From Escherichia coli (lineage in GTDB: Bacteria > Pseudomonadota > Gammaproteobacteria > Enterobacterales > Enterobacteriaceae): 64,000 nucleotides of DNA. This document shows, piece by piece, positions 1-9,441 of this stretch (positions are counted from its first letter, which is position 1; each line of letters opens with the position of its first letter). Both the position numbers and the translations under genes were made by a program. Below the pieces are notes generated by a model that was not told where the DNA came from, made no database searches, and saw nothing but the letters and a program-made list of their open reading frames with translations. Location of the stretch: NCBI GenBank assembly GCA_022969815.1, contig GCA_022969815.1_4535.1; one strand, 5' to 3'.

Positions 1-297
1 TTGGTCACGATCGTAATAAGATTTGTAAGAATTGATTGTGTCTATATAAATGTTCTTGGCAATCTCTGCCAGGAAGATTCGGTCCACAATATCTTTCTTT
101 CGTGCTACACCGATAATCTCTTGCAGGTAAGGAACACCGAACGAGGTGTTAAGGAACCATTCTCCACGATATGTTTTGAGGGTGATCCCTAATGTCTGCG
201 CTGCAATCTCGGTACGAGTGGTTGTCAAAACAAGATCCCCATCATCCATGATGAGGTCGTTGTCTGATCCCAATTTTAAATCATATGGGATACCCAT
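1..297 (-). CDS. baseplate wedge protein, gpW/gp25-like (partial; C-terminus lies beyond window start)
   Basis: ATG at 297 preceded by AGGAG RBS; translation MGIPYDLKLGSDNDLIMDDGDLVLTTTRTEIAAQTLGITLKTYRGEW fits the gpW/gp25 family pattern; lies in a baseplate gene block. Confidence 0.45.
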   Translation of the reverse strand, partial: MGIPYDLKLGSDNDLIMDDGDLVLTTTRTEIAAQTLGITLKTYRGEWFLNTSFGVPYLQEIIGVARKKDIVDRIFLAEIAKNIYIDTINSYKSYYDRDQ

Positions 298-299
298 TA

Positions 300-1034
300 T
301 TATGCTCCTGAAGGTTTCAAGGATTCCGCACTTGAGCTTCCGCTCTGAATGTTGCGAACCGTATGGGTGTGGGTATGGAAGCCAATACCATTACCGTCTG
401 TCATCAATCCATTCTGATCAATCTGTAGTCCGTTAATGTTTGCAGACGTGCCTTTGAAAGTCATGACACCACCTGTCAAATCCAGGGTGCCGGAACCGTC
501 TGTCATTGTTATTCCAGAAGGAGTAATATCAATCTTCATTCCTTGGCTATTCCATATAGATATAGTGCCAGAAGGATCGAAAGATGCATACGTGTTTTTG
601 TTATTTGAAATAACTACCTTCTCGGAATCTACTGCTTCTGTTGAATCGGTGCCTGTGGAAATCTTAGGAATAAAGCAAATCGGATATAAACCGCAAGGCT
701 GCATCAATGTAGTCGTTGTGGCTGCTTCTCCAGAAGTTTGCATTGCATTCGAAGGATCTCGTTCAGAGAAAATAACAACACCAATATCACCGGATTTAAT
801 AGGGAAGGAGATACGCCCTGTACCTCCTCCGTTAACCATAAAAGGAACATCGTGGAAGGTTGGATAGTCGATAGAATCTTCTTCTGATCGCGTATTCTTC
901 ACAATGGATTCCAATGTCAGTGTTTTTGCACCGTAGTTAACACCTGTAACTCGCACTGGTAATGAGGTATGCACCTCTGCCAGTTGTTCTGTCATCATGC
1001 CACGCATTGCTGTGACAAAGTTCAAAGCATCCAT
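300..1034 (-). CDS. baseplate central spike protein (gpV-like), putative
   Basis: 244-aa ORF, AGGAAGG RBS, start overlaps stop of upstream gene; Gly/Thr/Ser-rich C-terminal half typical of spike proteins; position directly upstream of gp25-like gene. Confidence 0.35.
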   Translation of the reverse strand: MDALNFVTAMRGMMTEQLAEVHTSLPVRVTGVNYGAKTLTLESIVKNTRSEEDSIDYPTFHDVPFMVNGGGTGRISFPIKSGDIGVVIFSERDPSNAMQTSGEAATTTTLMQPCGLYPICFIPKISTGTDSTEAVDSEKVVISNNKNTYASFDPSGTISIWNSQGMKIDITPSGITMTDGSGTLDLTGGVMTFKGTSANINGLQIDQNGLMTDGNGIGFHTHTHTVRNIQSGSSSAESLKPSGA

Positions 1035-2047
1035 TATTTACCTTCCTTCGTCATAATTGCAGATACAGATACACACTCAACTTCTGTCACCCACTCGCTA
1101 CCTTCCTTGTCCCCGTGATGCGATACAGATACCACTTTAAATGGACCATCATAATCGCGGCTCTTGAGCCAAATGGTTTTTTCAGGTAAGATTGCACCAT
1201 TCATCTGGCATTTGAACTTCACACCGTCTGTAGGTTTCTTGGCTTTCTTAGAAGCTTTAGTCACCTTCTTGGCAGGTTTGATATCGTTGTGGAATGGTTC
1301 TGGGCTTCCTATCAACCCTGTTTCAGGACTGATGTAGGCGCTTCTTGCGTTGGACATTTGAGAACGAGGTGTAACATAAACAGACCCATCTTGAATGGAC
1401 ACGTTATGATCAATACTCTTACAAATGTGTTCCAGGTAGTGTGAAGTATTTCCACACATCGCTGTCGCAGAAGAAAGGGTCTGATCATTATCAATATGAA
1501 TGTTACCTTCTGTTGTCCCAAGATCCTTAACAAGATCTGCAACAACACGTTTTACTTTCGTTCCTTTAGGGTAGCTACGACTGGTACGGGCTTCAGAGAT
1601 GTTGATACCCCCGTCCAGACAATGGAGAACAGTTTTACGATCGACGCTATCAAACGTATCACTTACCCACTGAATTGTACCCTTGAAAATCATAACCAAT
1701 TCTTGCCCTTCGTATCCAACTGCTAAAGCTACTGCCAGGTTGTTACGAATGCCTCGGTTGATGTAGTTTACTGTGTCATCCGACAGGTTGTAAATAGTAA
1801 TCTCCGCCTGGTTAGGATCTTTGTTATTATCTTTCTTGATATTGAAAGTAATTTGATGATGTTCAAGTAGATACAAATTAGAAGAAGATTTTGTAGTGCT
1901 TCCCAATTTAGTATCCAAATCTACTGTTGATTTAAAGGATGAGTTGCTTGTCCTTTTCTGCACGGTATTCGTTGCCGTACCAATCAACAGTTTATATGCC
2001 CTGTTCAGATTGGGAACAGGGGCTTTTGTATATTCTCTTTCTGCCAT
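1034..2047 (-). CDS. baseplate hub-like protein (P2 gpD / Mu gp44-like), putative
   Basis: 337-aa ORF in tail/baseplate block between tape measure and spike; assignment by synteny only. Confidence 0.3.
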   Translation of the reverse strand: MAEREYTKAPVPNLNRAYKLLIGTATNTVQKRTSNSSFKSTVDLDTKLGSTTKSSSNLYLLEHHQITFNIKKDNNKDPNQAEITIYNLSDDTVNYINRGIRNNLAVALAVGYEGQELVMIFKGTIQWVSDTFDSVDRKTVLHCLDGGINISEARTSRSYPKGTKVKRVVADLVKDLGTTEGNIHIDNDQTLSSATAMCGNTSHYLEHICKSIDHNVSIQDGSVYVTPRSQMSNARSAYISPETGLIGSPEPFHNDIKPAKKVTKASKKAKKPTDGVKFKCQMNGAILPEKTIWLKSRDYDGPFKVVSVSHHGDKEGSEWVTEVECVSVSAIMTKEGK

Positions 2048-2065
2048 ACAATCTCCCCTTAACTA

Positions 2066-2479
2066 TTAAGCTTGGTTCGATAGATTATCTATGTAAACCA
2101 AAACAAAACGTTTTTCAATTCCTGTTGTTGTGTAACCAGGACGACCATTAATCTTCACCGTGTCAATCATATAAAGCTGTCCGTCTGGAACGCCTTCAAG
2201 ATATTTGTACGGTTTCAACAGATCGAGTCCGTTGGTTATCTTAAACGTTACACTTGGTTCATCTCCTGACAAACCTATAAGACACTGCCAGGCTTCATCA
2301 CGAGTATTCCAGCGTAAACGTATGTCATAATCCACACCATCCAATGTTACGGTGTAGGTTTGGTCTGGATACTCTTCAGTTTTTAAATACCAGGCGAAGT
2401 AATCAGAACGGTCTTCCAAGAAGACAGCCTTGTATCCAGAGTTTGTTGTGCTTCGTGTTGCTTTAGAGTAAGTTGCCAC
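2066..2479 (-). CDS. hypothetical tail-associated protein
   Basis: 137-aa ORF co-oriented and tightly packed in tail gene block. Confidence 0.4.
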   Translation of the reverse strand: MATYSKATRSTTNSGYKAVFLEDRSDYFAWYLKTEEYPDQTYTVTLDGVDYDIRLRWNTRDEAWQCLIGLSGDEPSVTFKITNGLDLLKPYKYLEGVPDGQLYMIDTVKINGRPGYTTTGIEKRFVLVYIDNLSNQA

Positions 2480-2481
2480 GA

Positions 2482-3189
2482 TTAACCTCCGTTATTCGAC
2501 GGTGTGTTGGTATCCCTTGCAGCATCCCTGTTGATCGGGTTGTCAACTTTAGCTCCGCCAGTTGGCGCTTTGCTCTTAACTTCACCACCAGTAGATTTGT
2601 TCGGAGCGGTCTTCACAGCTATCGCGTTAGTTGTTGCAGTGCTCACCAGACGAATCTGTTCCAGTTCCAGATTAAATTGCATAGCAAACTCTGAACGATA
2701 TTCGTAAGTGTAACCTTTCAGGATCACGTTCTCGAAAGTACGGTGTTCTGTCAATAGAACTATCGGTTGACGAGCATCAAAAATCTGATCCAAATACTCA
2801 ATTGCTTGAGAGATACGTGTTCCATTAACACCTGCACTGTAAAGCTGATCACGCATCAAACGTACAGGCGTTTCTGTAATAACACCTGTCAATTTAAAAG
2901 TGTTGTTGTTTATTTTGACGTTATCACTCACTGTACTACCTGATTCAACAGGGAAGCTTGTGATATCGGCTGAACGAGTTACTCCAACTTCCGGTGCGGA
3001 GTCGAAAGTAATCGCCATAAAGTTTTGTATGTATTGATCACTTGAGCTATTGTAAACACTGGCTAAGATACAAAAACCGTTATCACCTTTCACCGTGGAG
3101 GCGGAGTTATTCGTATTTTGTGTTGAGTTCACCTCTTGCTCGGATTTGTAGACGGCTCTTACCGACTGTTGTGGAGTCATTGCTGCCAT
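2482..3189 (-). CDS. hypothetical tail protein (first gene downstream of tape measure)
   Basis: ORF 2482..3216 begins with a TTG; ATG at 3189 (MAAMTPQQ...) preferred as start; synteny. Confidence 0.4.
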   Translation of the reverse strand: MAAMTPQQSVRAVYKSEQEVNSTQNTNNSASTVKGDNGFCILASVYNSSSDQYIQNFMAITFDSAPEVGVTRSADITSFPVESGSTVSDNVKINNNTFKLTGVITETPVRLMRDQLYSAGVNGTRISQAIEYLDQIFDARQPIVLLTEHRTFENVILKGYTYEYRSEFAMQFNLELEQIRLVSTATTNAIAVKTAPNKSTGGEVKSKAPTGGAKVDNPINRDAARDTNTPSNNGG

Positions 3190-3346
3190 GATAACCTCAT
3201 AGTAATGGTAATGCAAAGAGGAAGATGCAAGATCTTCCCATATTGATTATAATACCACAAATGTCGCCGTTATGTCAATGTAAAAATAATCCTTGACTAC
3301 CGTGATCCGCCTTGCTACACTGTATTTATTAACTAAGGAGGAAATT

Positions 3347-4360
3347 ATGGGCGTGATTAAAGGTTGGGACATTCAGAAGAAAGAATGTGAAGAAGTGGCA
3401 AGACCAGGTATTACTGTTCTTGGATTTGTTGAACCGTGGAATGGTGCACATACTAAACTGATGCTGAAATGTGAGAAGCATGGAGAATGGAATACAACCT
3501 CCATCAACAACTTCAAAAAGAATGGTTCTGGTTGTAATGGTTGTCGAGCAGATATATGTGGTGCGAGAGCAGAAGGGAATAGTTTTGCAAGTAAAAATGC
3601 TATCTCAGATGAGCAACACATTAAGGATTTCTTGGCTACCGGATTGTTTGCAGAGGGGACGACTTTCGTAAACACAGGGGTGAAAACAAAAGCTAAGAAC
3701 GATTGTTTCTGGAAAGTAACTTGTCCTGTTTGTGCGGTAGACGAATACTCCAAAGCAGGATTAGGAGATGGATCTTTTGAAGCCAGAACTTCGCATATGA
3801 AACGGGGTCAAATCCCTTGTCGTTGCTCTCCTCGGCATATCTACTCTAAAGATCAGTGGATGTTTAGATTTCAGTTAATGTGTGAAGAAAAAGGTTATAC
3901 TTTTGTCAAGGCCATTTATGAAGGGGAAGCATACTCTCACGGAGATGTTGAATACACCTGTCCAGAACACGGCTCGCAACGCATGACTGTGAAGAACCTC
4001 ATGTCAGGTAAAGGTTGTCCAGAGTGTGCCAATAAAACGCAACAGTTCTGTTATATTAATGAAGTGTACGATGAAGATAATAATCTCTGTGCTCTTAAAT
4101 TTGGAATTGCCAATGATGCTGAACGTAGGATCAAAGGTCAGAATTCGAAGAATGCTTTCATAATGAAACAGAAAGTTGTCTACTTCTTTGATGATATCAA
4201 GTCGTGCCGAGCAGCGGAGAGGGAGTGTTTGAAGCTGTTGGAGTGCGGTGTTGTGAATAAATTTCAGTTGAAGGATGGACACACAGAAACAACACACCTT
4301 TCAAACTACACCAAGATTGTCGATATCTTTGAAGAATTTGGAGGGATGTTACAGAAATGA
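3347..4360 (+). CDS. zinc-ribbon repeat protein with C-terminal T5orf172/GIY-YIG-like segment; possible free-standing homing-endonuclease-like gene
   Basis: AAGGAGG RBS before ATG at 3347; three repeats of C-x-x-H-G...G-x-G-C-x-x-C; C-terminal LCALKFGIANDAERRIKGQ resembles GIY-YIG-like core; only plus-strand gene inside the minus-strand virion module. Confidence 0.4.
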   Translation: MGVIKGWDIQKKECEEVARPGITVLGFVEPWNGAHTKLMLKCEKHGEWNTTSINNFKKNGSGCNGCRADICGARAEGNSFASKNAISDEQHIKDFLATGLFAEGTTFVNTGVKTKAKNDCFWKVTCPVCAVDEYSKAGLGDGSFEARTSHMKRGQIPCRCSPRHIYSKDQWMFRFQLMCEEKGYTFVKAIYEGEAYSHGDVEYTCPEHGSQRMTVKNLMSGKGCPECANKTQQFCYINEVYDEDNNLCALKFGIANDAERRIKGQNSKNAFIMKQKVVYFFDDIKSCRAAERECLKLLECGVVNKFQLKDGHTETTHLSNYTKIVDIFEEFGGMLQK

Positions 4361-4388
4361 AAAAAGGGGCCGAAGCCCCTTTCTTTTA
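4361..4388. terminator. bidirectional rho-independent terminator
   Basis: AGGGGCCGAAGCCCCT hairpin flanked by A-run upstream and T-run downstream, between convergent genes. Confidence 0.6.
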
Positions 4389-5174
4389 GTTGCTGTTTGA
4401 CTGTCCACTTAACGTCTGCAAAGTCAGGCTCTGCATGAACGATTCAGAAGAAGCTTTAGCATTGAAATCAATGTAATCGGAAAGACGAGAAACATCACTT
4501 TGTAATGTCAAGGCAACTTCCGGTGTCAACGTAATGTTGAAGGTCGGGTTTGTCTGGTACTGCATAGCTTTAGATTGGAAATTCTGTGCGTCTTGACGAA
4601 TAGATTCTCCGGTAAACGTATAATTGTTTGCCGCAGATCCTGATCCATCTTTCTCAAAATATCCCACAACCTTATCCCAAATAGAAACACCTTCATCATT
4701 TTTGGAAGTGAGTCCATCTGAAACCGCCGCAAAAGGGTTAAAGGTTCTGTTCGCCATATCCCACACACTGGCATCTTTTCCTGTAGCTGCATAAATGAAA
4801 CCGAAGTTCTCGCGCATGAAGCTATCCAACCCTGTAAAGATGTTCAGGAACATGGTTGCAGTTTTGGCTGTGTTGACAGTTAACTTACCCATCTCTTCAC
4901 CCAAATCTTTCGCTACCTTATCCAACATTTTTACGTTGTCCAACCAGGACTCGTCTTTAGGTATTGCGTTCATAAATCCTTCCAGGAAATAGTTCTGCAT
5001 ACCTTGCCCGACCAAGCCTACCGTGGCAGTCAAGCGTGTGTACTCTTTAGAAGCTTCCATTTGCTCATTGGTCAACGCAGCACCAGTACGTTGAAGCATA
5101 CGGAGGGTTTCTTGGAAGCCTTCTCCGTTCTTGCTAAACATACGTTGGTAATGCATGAGGTCGTCACCAAGGTT
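4386..5174 (-). CDS. tail tape measure protein, exon 2 (3' exon; 5' boundary modelled)
   Basis: Reading frame of ORF 4386..5156 stays open upstream to about 5182; helix-rich sequence continuous in character with exon 1; modelled exon start at 5174 (NLGDDLMHYQ...). Confidence 0.5.
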   Translation of the reverse strand, partial: NLGDDLMHYQRMFSKNGEGFQETLRMLQRTGAALTNEQMEASKEYTRLTATVGLVGQGMQNYFLEGFMNAIPKDESWLDNVKMLDKVAKDLGEEMGKLTVNTAKTATMFLNIFTGLDSFMRENFGFIYAATGKDASVWDMANRTFNPFAAVSDGLTSKNDEGVSIWDKVVGYFEKDGSGSAANNYTFTGESIRQDAQNFQSKAMQYQTNPTFNITLTPEVALTLQSDVSRLSDYIDFNAKASSESFMQSLTLQTLSGQSNSN

Positions 5175-5529
5175 CTCAAGGCTTTGATTTTAAAGGAGTT
5201 TTTGTTAGTAACTCCCCCAGTTCTAACTTCGAACTGCTGCAACTTTCATTGCAGGAAAGACTATATCTTCATCTACGTGAGATGCTTCGCACTTCGCCCC
5301 ACTTGGGGCTACTCTACTCGCTTCCGTATCACTACGTGCTTTCGATAGTCGTTGAACTTTACTCTCGGTGAGAGTCTTAGCTGCTGATTACCCATTGTAC
5401 CATCTTGACAATTTTCAAGCATTCACGCCTGGCGTTGCCGCCTACGTTGTAGCTTGTCAAGCTTTAGGGAGTTCCAGCAATTCACGAAGTTTTCATTACC
5501 TTATCGCTAAGGTACGGCCCCTGTTAAGA
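5175..5529 (-). mobile_element. group I intron (ORF-less, subgroup IA-like) interrupting tape measure gene; boundaries approximate (+/-15 nt)
   Basis: Minus-strand RNA carries the conserved core elements in canonical order: P AAUUGCUGGAA (plus 5472-5482), Q AAUCAGCAGC (5380-5389), R GUUCAACGACUAUCGA (5342-5357), S AAGAUAUAGUCU (5258-5269), then P9-like hairpins; no ORF in the 355 nt. Confidence 0.7.
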
Positions 5530-6690
5530 AAGGCGACCAATCTGTGCCGAGTTCATGCCACGACGCTCACCTTCATTCACAGTTGCCTGTATGAAAGCTA
5601 ATGGATCGTTCTGCATGTGTTTAATTTGTGAAGGGTTCCAACCGAACATGTTCATGATATCGTTGATACCGTTATCACCCCCACGCCATTTTCCTTTTTT
5701 CTCATCCCATTCAGCAGCCATCATCGAGTTACCCAAACGTTCACGAACGTCTTTAAGGTTATCGATTGACTTAATAATGTTTGCCGAGTCAACACCGTTC
5801 TGTTCACCCCAAGCAGTCATTGTCATAATGGCGTTAGCGTTTGCCTGAACGTTCTCTGCACCACGACCTATGAACTTGATACGATCGTTAGCAGTTTGTA
5901 ACGTATTACCTACAACAGAACCACCTGCAAACAGTCCTGCACCAATCATGGATGAAACCATCATGCGAGGATTAAGGCCCAAAGCGCCATCTCTCATTTG
6001 CGAGTATTGACGATCTTTATCTCGGCGTTGCTGTGCCAGTTCACGTTTATGGTTACGCTCAATATCACGTAGCTCTTTATCACGCATACGCTGACGTTGT
6101 TTGGCTTCTGCTTCCAATTCACGACGAACTCGACGACGACCACGTACTTCATCTTCGATATCTTTTACTTTCTCTCGGTGAGATCGACGAAGATTATCAA
6201 GCTGGTGGGCCAGTGTCTGGTTCATACGTTGAAGAGTGATATCTCCACGTTTGTACGATTCTACAGAAGCATCCATGATTTGTTTGGCTTGGCGTTGCGC
6301 ATCTAAGGAAGCTTTGGTATACTGCATACCACGCTTTTCAAAGTTCTCCATACGGAGATTGCCTAAATCATTACGACGAGCCTGTAGCTCGGCAGCGCGT
6401 TCTTCTGGAGTTTTCTTTCCTGGTTTAGCTGGACGACCAGGACCGGAGGTAGTTCCACCACCTTTTGGAGTAGGAGGGGGAGCAGGGCGAGCAGGGAAAG
6501 TCTGCGCTTTACGCATTTCTCTTTCGATCTCTTTCATCTGCTGCCTAAACTTACTCATGTTTAAGGTGGGCTGTATTCTTTCAGCGAACTTTTTAACACT
6601 CTCTACAGAATCTTTGGCTTCTTTGAGACTGTTCTTGTCCACCTTAAATGTGACTACGTTACTGATTTTAGCCGCGTTTATATCTAACAA
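5530..6690 (-). CDS. tail tape measure protein, exon 1 (5' exon; 3' boundary modelled)
   Basis: TTG start at 6690 with GAGGA RBS; charged coiled-coil-like sequence with Pro/Gly-rich linker; unspliced frame hits a stop at 5524-5526 just inside the intron. Confidence 0.5.
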
Positions 6691-6705
6691 AGTATTTTCC
6701 TCATG

Positions 6706-7044
6706 TTAGTGGATCATTTTCTTAAACATGTCTTGCATTTGAGTAGCGTTCTCTTGTTGCTTTCTCTTTATTGAAGTGTCTTTGGTGTACAGAGCTTCAA
6801 TATATTCCTCATAAGTGAGGTACTCGTACATCCCCAATAGATAATCCACCCCGTATTGATCCAGGGTGGAGCGTGTTTCCGAGGTATTCTTCACGACCTT
6901 GCAGAGAATGATCTCATACCACTTCAACGTAAGGGTCTTCTCTGCTGTTTCCATCGCATGACGAATGGCTGGGCTTAGTTCGTTGCCAGATCCTGAACTG
7001 CTTGGAACTGGGTCAACAGTTTTCCGAAACCTCGTTTGAAAAAA
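6706..7044 (-). CDS. tail assembly chaperone, -1 frameshift extension ORF (GT-like product when fused to upstream ORF)
   Basis: Frame of ORF 6706..6954 is the -1 frame of ORF 6975..7457 and stays open back to the slippery heptamer at 7038-7044. Confidence 0.45.
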   Translation of the reverse strand, partial: FFQTRFRKTVDPVPSSSGSGNELSPAIRHAMETAEKTLTLKWYEIILCKVVKNTSETRSTLDQYGVDYLLGMYEYLTYEEYIEALYTKDTSIKRKQQENATQMQDMFKKMIH

Positions 7045-7457
7045 GGGCCGTAGTTCACCTCAAGAACTTTTGCTGTCAAGTCGAGGACAAGTTCTGGGTG
7101 AGCAAAGAAGAGTTCGTCGAAGTTATCAGATACGTTGTGACCTGCTTCGGTATATACTTCATCTAAGATCTTACGGAGGAACACAGTAAGGTTCTTCTCT
7201 TCAAGACCAGAGAACAATTGAATAAGTGCCATTGCAATACGAGATTCCAGATCTTCTTCAGCCGACATAAGGGCAGTATTGTACATGGTCATAGGTACAG
7301 CTAAAACGCTACCGAGTTCTGGGATACGCTCGAAGACCTTTGAAGGACTCCATTTCAGAATACGGAAGGTTACAAAACGGGTTTCATCTAAGTAGATTTT
7401 TACGATTTCTTCTGGACGTGCATATTGTTTGATAGTATCATCTTGTTGTTCGGACAT
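6975..7457 (-). CDS. tail assembly chaperone (G-like), putative
   Basis: 160-aa acidic ORF between tail tube and tape measure genes; contains slippery site near its 3' end. Confidence 0.45.
   Translation of the reverse strand: MSEQQDDTIKQYARPEEIVKIYLDETRFVTFRILKWSPSKVFERIPELGSVLAVPMTMYNTALMSAEEDLESRIAMALIQLFSGLEEKNLTVFLRKILDEVYTEAGHNVSDNFDELFFAHPELVLDLTAKVLEVNYGPFFKRGFGKLLTQFQAVQDLATN
7038..7044 (-). promoter_or_regulatory. -1 programmed ribosomal frameshift slippery heptamer U_UUU_UUC
   Basis: Minus-strand sequence GGC CCU UUU UUC AAA in the 0 frame of the chaperone gene; -1 frame open for about 110 further codons. Confidence 0.45.
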
Positions 7458-7479
7458 AGTTTCCTCTCTTTTTAGTTAA

Positions 7480-7503
7480 ATAAAAAGGGCATTTCTGCCC
7501 TTT
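7480..7503 (-). terminator. rho-independent terminator after tail tube gene
   Basis: GGGCATTTCTGCCC hairpin followed on minus strand by T-run. Confidence 0.5.
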
Positions 7504-7508
7504 CGTTA

Positions 7509-7988
7509 TTATTGAATGGTCAGTGCGGAGATAGAGTTAAGAACACTCATACCTACACCAACTTCATTACGTAACAGGCTTGCATCTTTCAGACCGATAA
7601 CCCATTGGTTCTCTGTAATCATTTCGCCCATAGTGTCTTCAGGTTGAGATTGAATCCAACCAATGGTGCTAATGTAGTAACCACGAGGATCTTCCAGGTA
7701 AACACTGAATGCTACTTGACGAGTAGAATACATTGTTTGAGCATAAGTTGCCAAAACTTCGTTTGCCGGAGATGTACGTTGCAGAGAAATAGTCATGGTG
7801 CCGAGACGGTTGCGGCTAAGAGCCAGAGAAACATCGCCATCAGTACCAGCATATGGGTTAATAATATCGTTGGCTTTTGCAATTACAATTTTAGTGTCGG
7901 TTGCAAAACCCCACGGCTCCCATCCACCCAGGGACAGAACGATTTGGGAAGGATCATAGGCCATTACGCCAGTAAGCATTTTATCCAA
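7509..7988 (-). CDS. tail tube protein, putative
   Basis: 159-aa ORF immediately downstream of sheath-sized gene and followed by terminator; synteny. Confidence 0.45.
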   Translation of the reverse strand: MDKMLTGVMAYDPSQIVLSLGGWEPWGFATDTKIVIAKANDIINPYAGTDGDVSLALSRNRLGTMTISLQRTSPANEVLATYAQTMYSTRQVAFSVYLEDPRGYYISTIGWIQSQPEDTMGEMITENQWVIGLKDASLLRNEVGVGMSVLNSISALTIQ

Positions 7989-8034
7989 TTTGGATCTCCT
8001 TTAGGGATAAGGCGAGGTTGCCCCCGCCAAATTA

Positions 8035-9408
8035 TTAGTTTGCAGTACGGTTGGTCAGGACGTGAACCTGAACCTTAACGTAATGGAAGAATCCTGCGTA
8101 AACGTATTCAATCTTCATGCCGTCAACCAGACGCTGATTAATCTGCGAATCAGTCATGTCAGCACGAGAAGGAAGGTAAACGATAGGCTTCAGGTCAACA
8201 CGCAGTCCAGTTTCTTCTGAAACAACCACTTCGTTAGAAATAGAGCCATTCAGAATACCAACTTGGATCGGGTTAGCCAGAACCGCTTGTTTAATCAGAG
8301 CCAGACCATTGGAAGTAGCACGAACACCACCACCCAACATTGACTGCTGTTTGAACAGAGTGAACAGAGATTCTTCGGTACGAGCTTTGAACCACAGAGC
8401 GTGAACTACGTAGTCAGCAAAGAAACCGTTAACCATCAGACCATCGCGGTAGAACAGAGTTGCGTGTTCTTTACGGTAGATGTTACCATTCTGTTGAACA
8501 ATGTTATTTTCCGCAGTCTGACCGAGTTTCTCGATTTCAACTCCAACCAGAGTTTTACCATGCAGAGTCGTAGTACCAGGCTGTGCAGAGCAGATAGAAC
8601 CAACAACAGCAGCTTCTGGGAATACAGAGTCTGCGTCGCTCATCCACAGAGCAAAACAGGTATTGACATAGCCAAGGTCATTTAAACGCTCAAGAACGTT
8701 GTCTTCGGCTTTAGTAGTGATACCAACGTCTGAACTGGAGAAGAAGTATACTTTGTCATTCTCTTCTACCCAAGCAGCTACGTCAAGAATATCTTCAACA
8801 GCATGGGAGTCAGACAGAACCCAGAACCAGCTACTATCAATATCGTGCAGAGCGGAGATATCTTCGGTAATACCGTTAGCGTAGACGGTTTCTTTAGCGA
8901 AGCCGCTTGCATCCAGAGAAGCGTATTTGCCTACAACTGGAGAAACAGTGATCACAGCGCCATCGTTAGCAACGGTAAACAGACCACCGTAAACTACGTC
9001 TGCATTGATCATTTCTGTCAGACCAACAACGATTTCTTGTGCTGTTGCAGTGTCGTCAGCAATGAATTTGAAATCTTTCTTGTTCTTGCCTTCTTTGATA
9101 GTGATAACATATGTTGCACTATCTTCAACTGCTGGGGTCAGGGTAAAGTTTGTTACTTCACGCTTACCAACAATCACTTGACTTGGTGCGAATAATCCGT
9201 TAAACAGTTTAACTGCCATGATATAGGCTGGATCATTAACACCGTAACCCGCTTCCAGAAGTGCGTCAGAAGAGGTGTAATATTCAATCGCGTTACCAGT
9301 GACAGTCTGACCAGTAAGGATCAGGGGAATGTCAAACTGGGTTTCACGGATTGATGTAGCTCCGTACAGTAAAGTTACGGTTGCTACCTTTTCACGAAAA
9401 GTTGCCAT
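8035..9408 (-). CDS. tail sheath protein, putative
   Basis: 457-aa ORF upstream of tube gene; size and position typical of contractile-tail sheath. Confidence 0.5.
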   Translation of the reverse strand: MATFREKVATVTLLYGATSIRETQFDIPLILTGQTVTGNAIEYYTSSDALLEAGYGVNDPAYIMAVKLFNGLFAPSQVIVGKREVTNFTLTPAVEDSATYVITIKEGKNKKDFKFIADDTATAQEIVVGLTEMINADVVYGGLFTVANDGAVITVSPVVGKYASLDASGFAKETVYANGITEDISALHDIDSSWFWVLSDSHAVEDILDVAAWVEENDKVYFFSSSDVGITTKAEDNVLERLNDLGYVNTCFALWMSDADSVFPEAAVVGSICSAQPGTTTLHGKTLVGVEIEKLGQTAENNIVQQNGNIYRKEHATLFYRDGLMVNGFFADYVVHALWFKARTEESLFTLFKQQSMLGGGVRATSNGLALIKQAVLANPIQVGILNGSISNEVVVSEETGLRVDLKPIVYLPSRADMTDSQINQRLVDGMKIEYVYAGFFHYVKVQVHVLTNRTAN

Positions 9409-9441
9409 TTATGCTCCTGTTAGAAACTTATTCCAATGAAT

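Noticed and set aside
146-867. Plus-strand ORFs 146..436 and 436..867 (and similar plus-strand ORFs across 1-21 kb, such as 1496..1726, 8401..9195, 12092..12659, 13444..14181, 16830..18652)
   Set aside because: They lie entirely within well-supported minus-strand virion genes, lack RBSs and have low-complexity or odd composition; treated as shadow ORFs.
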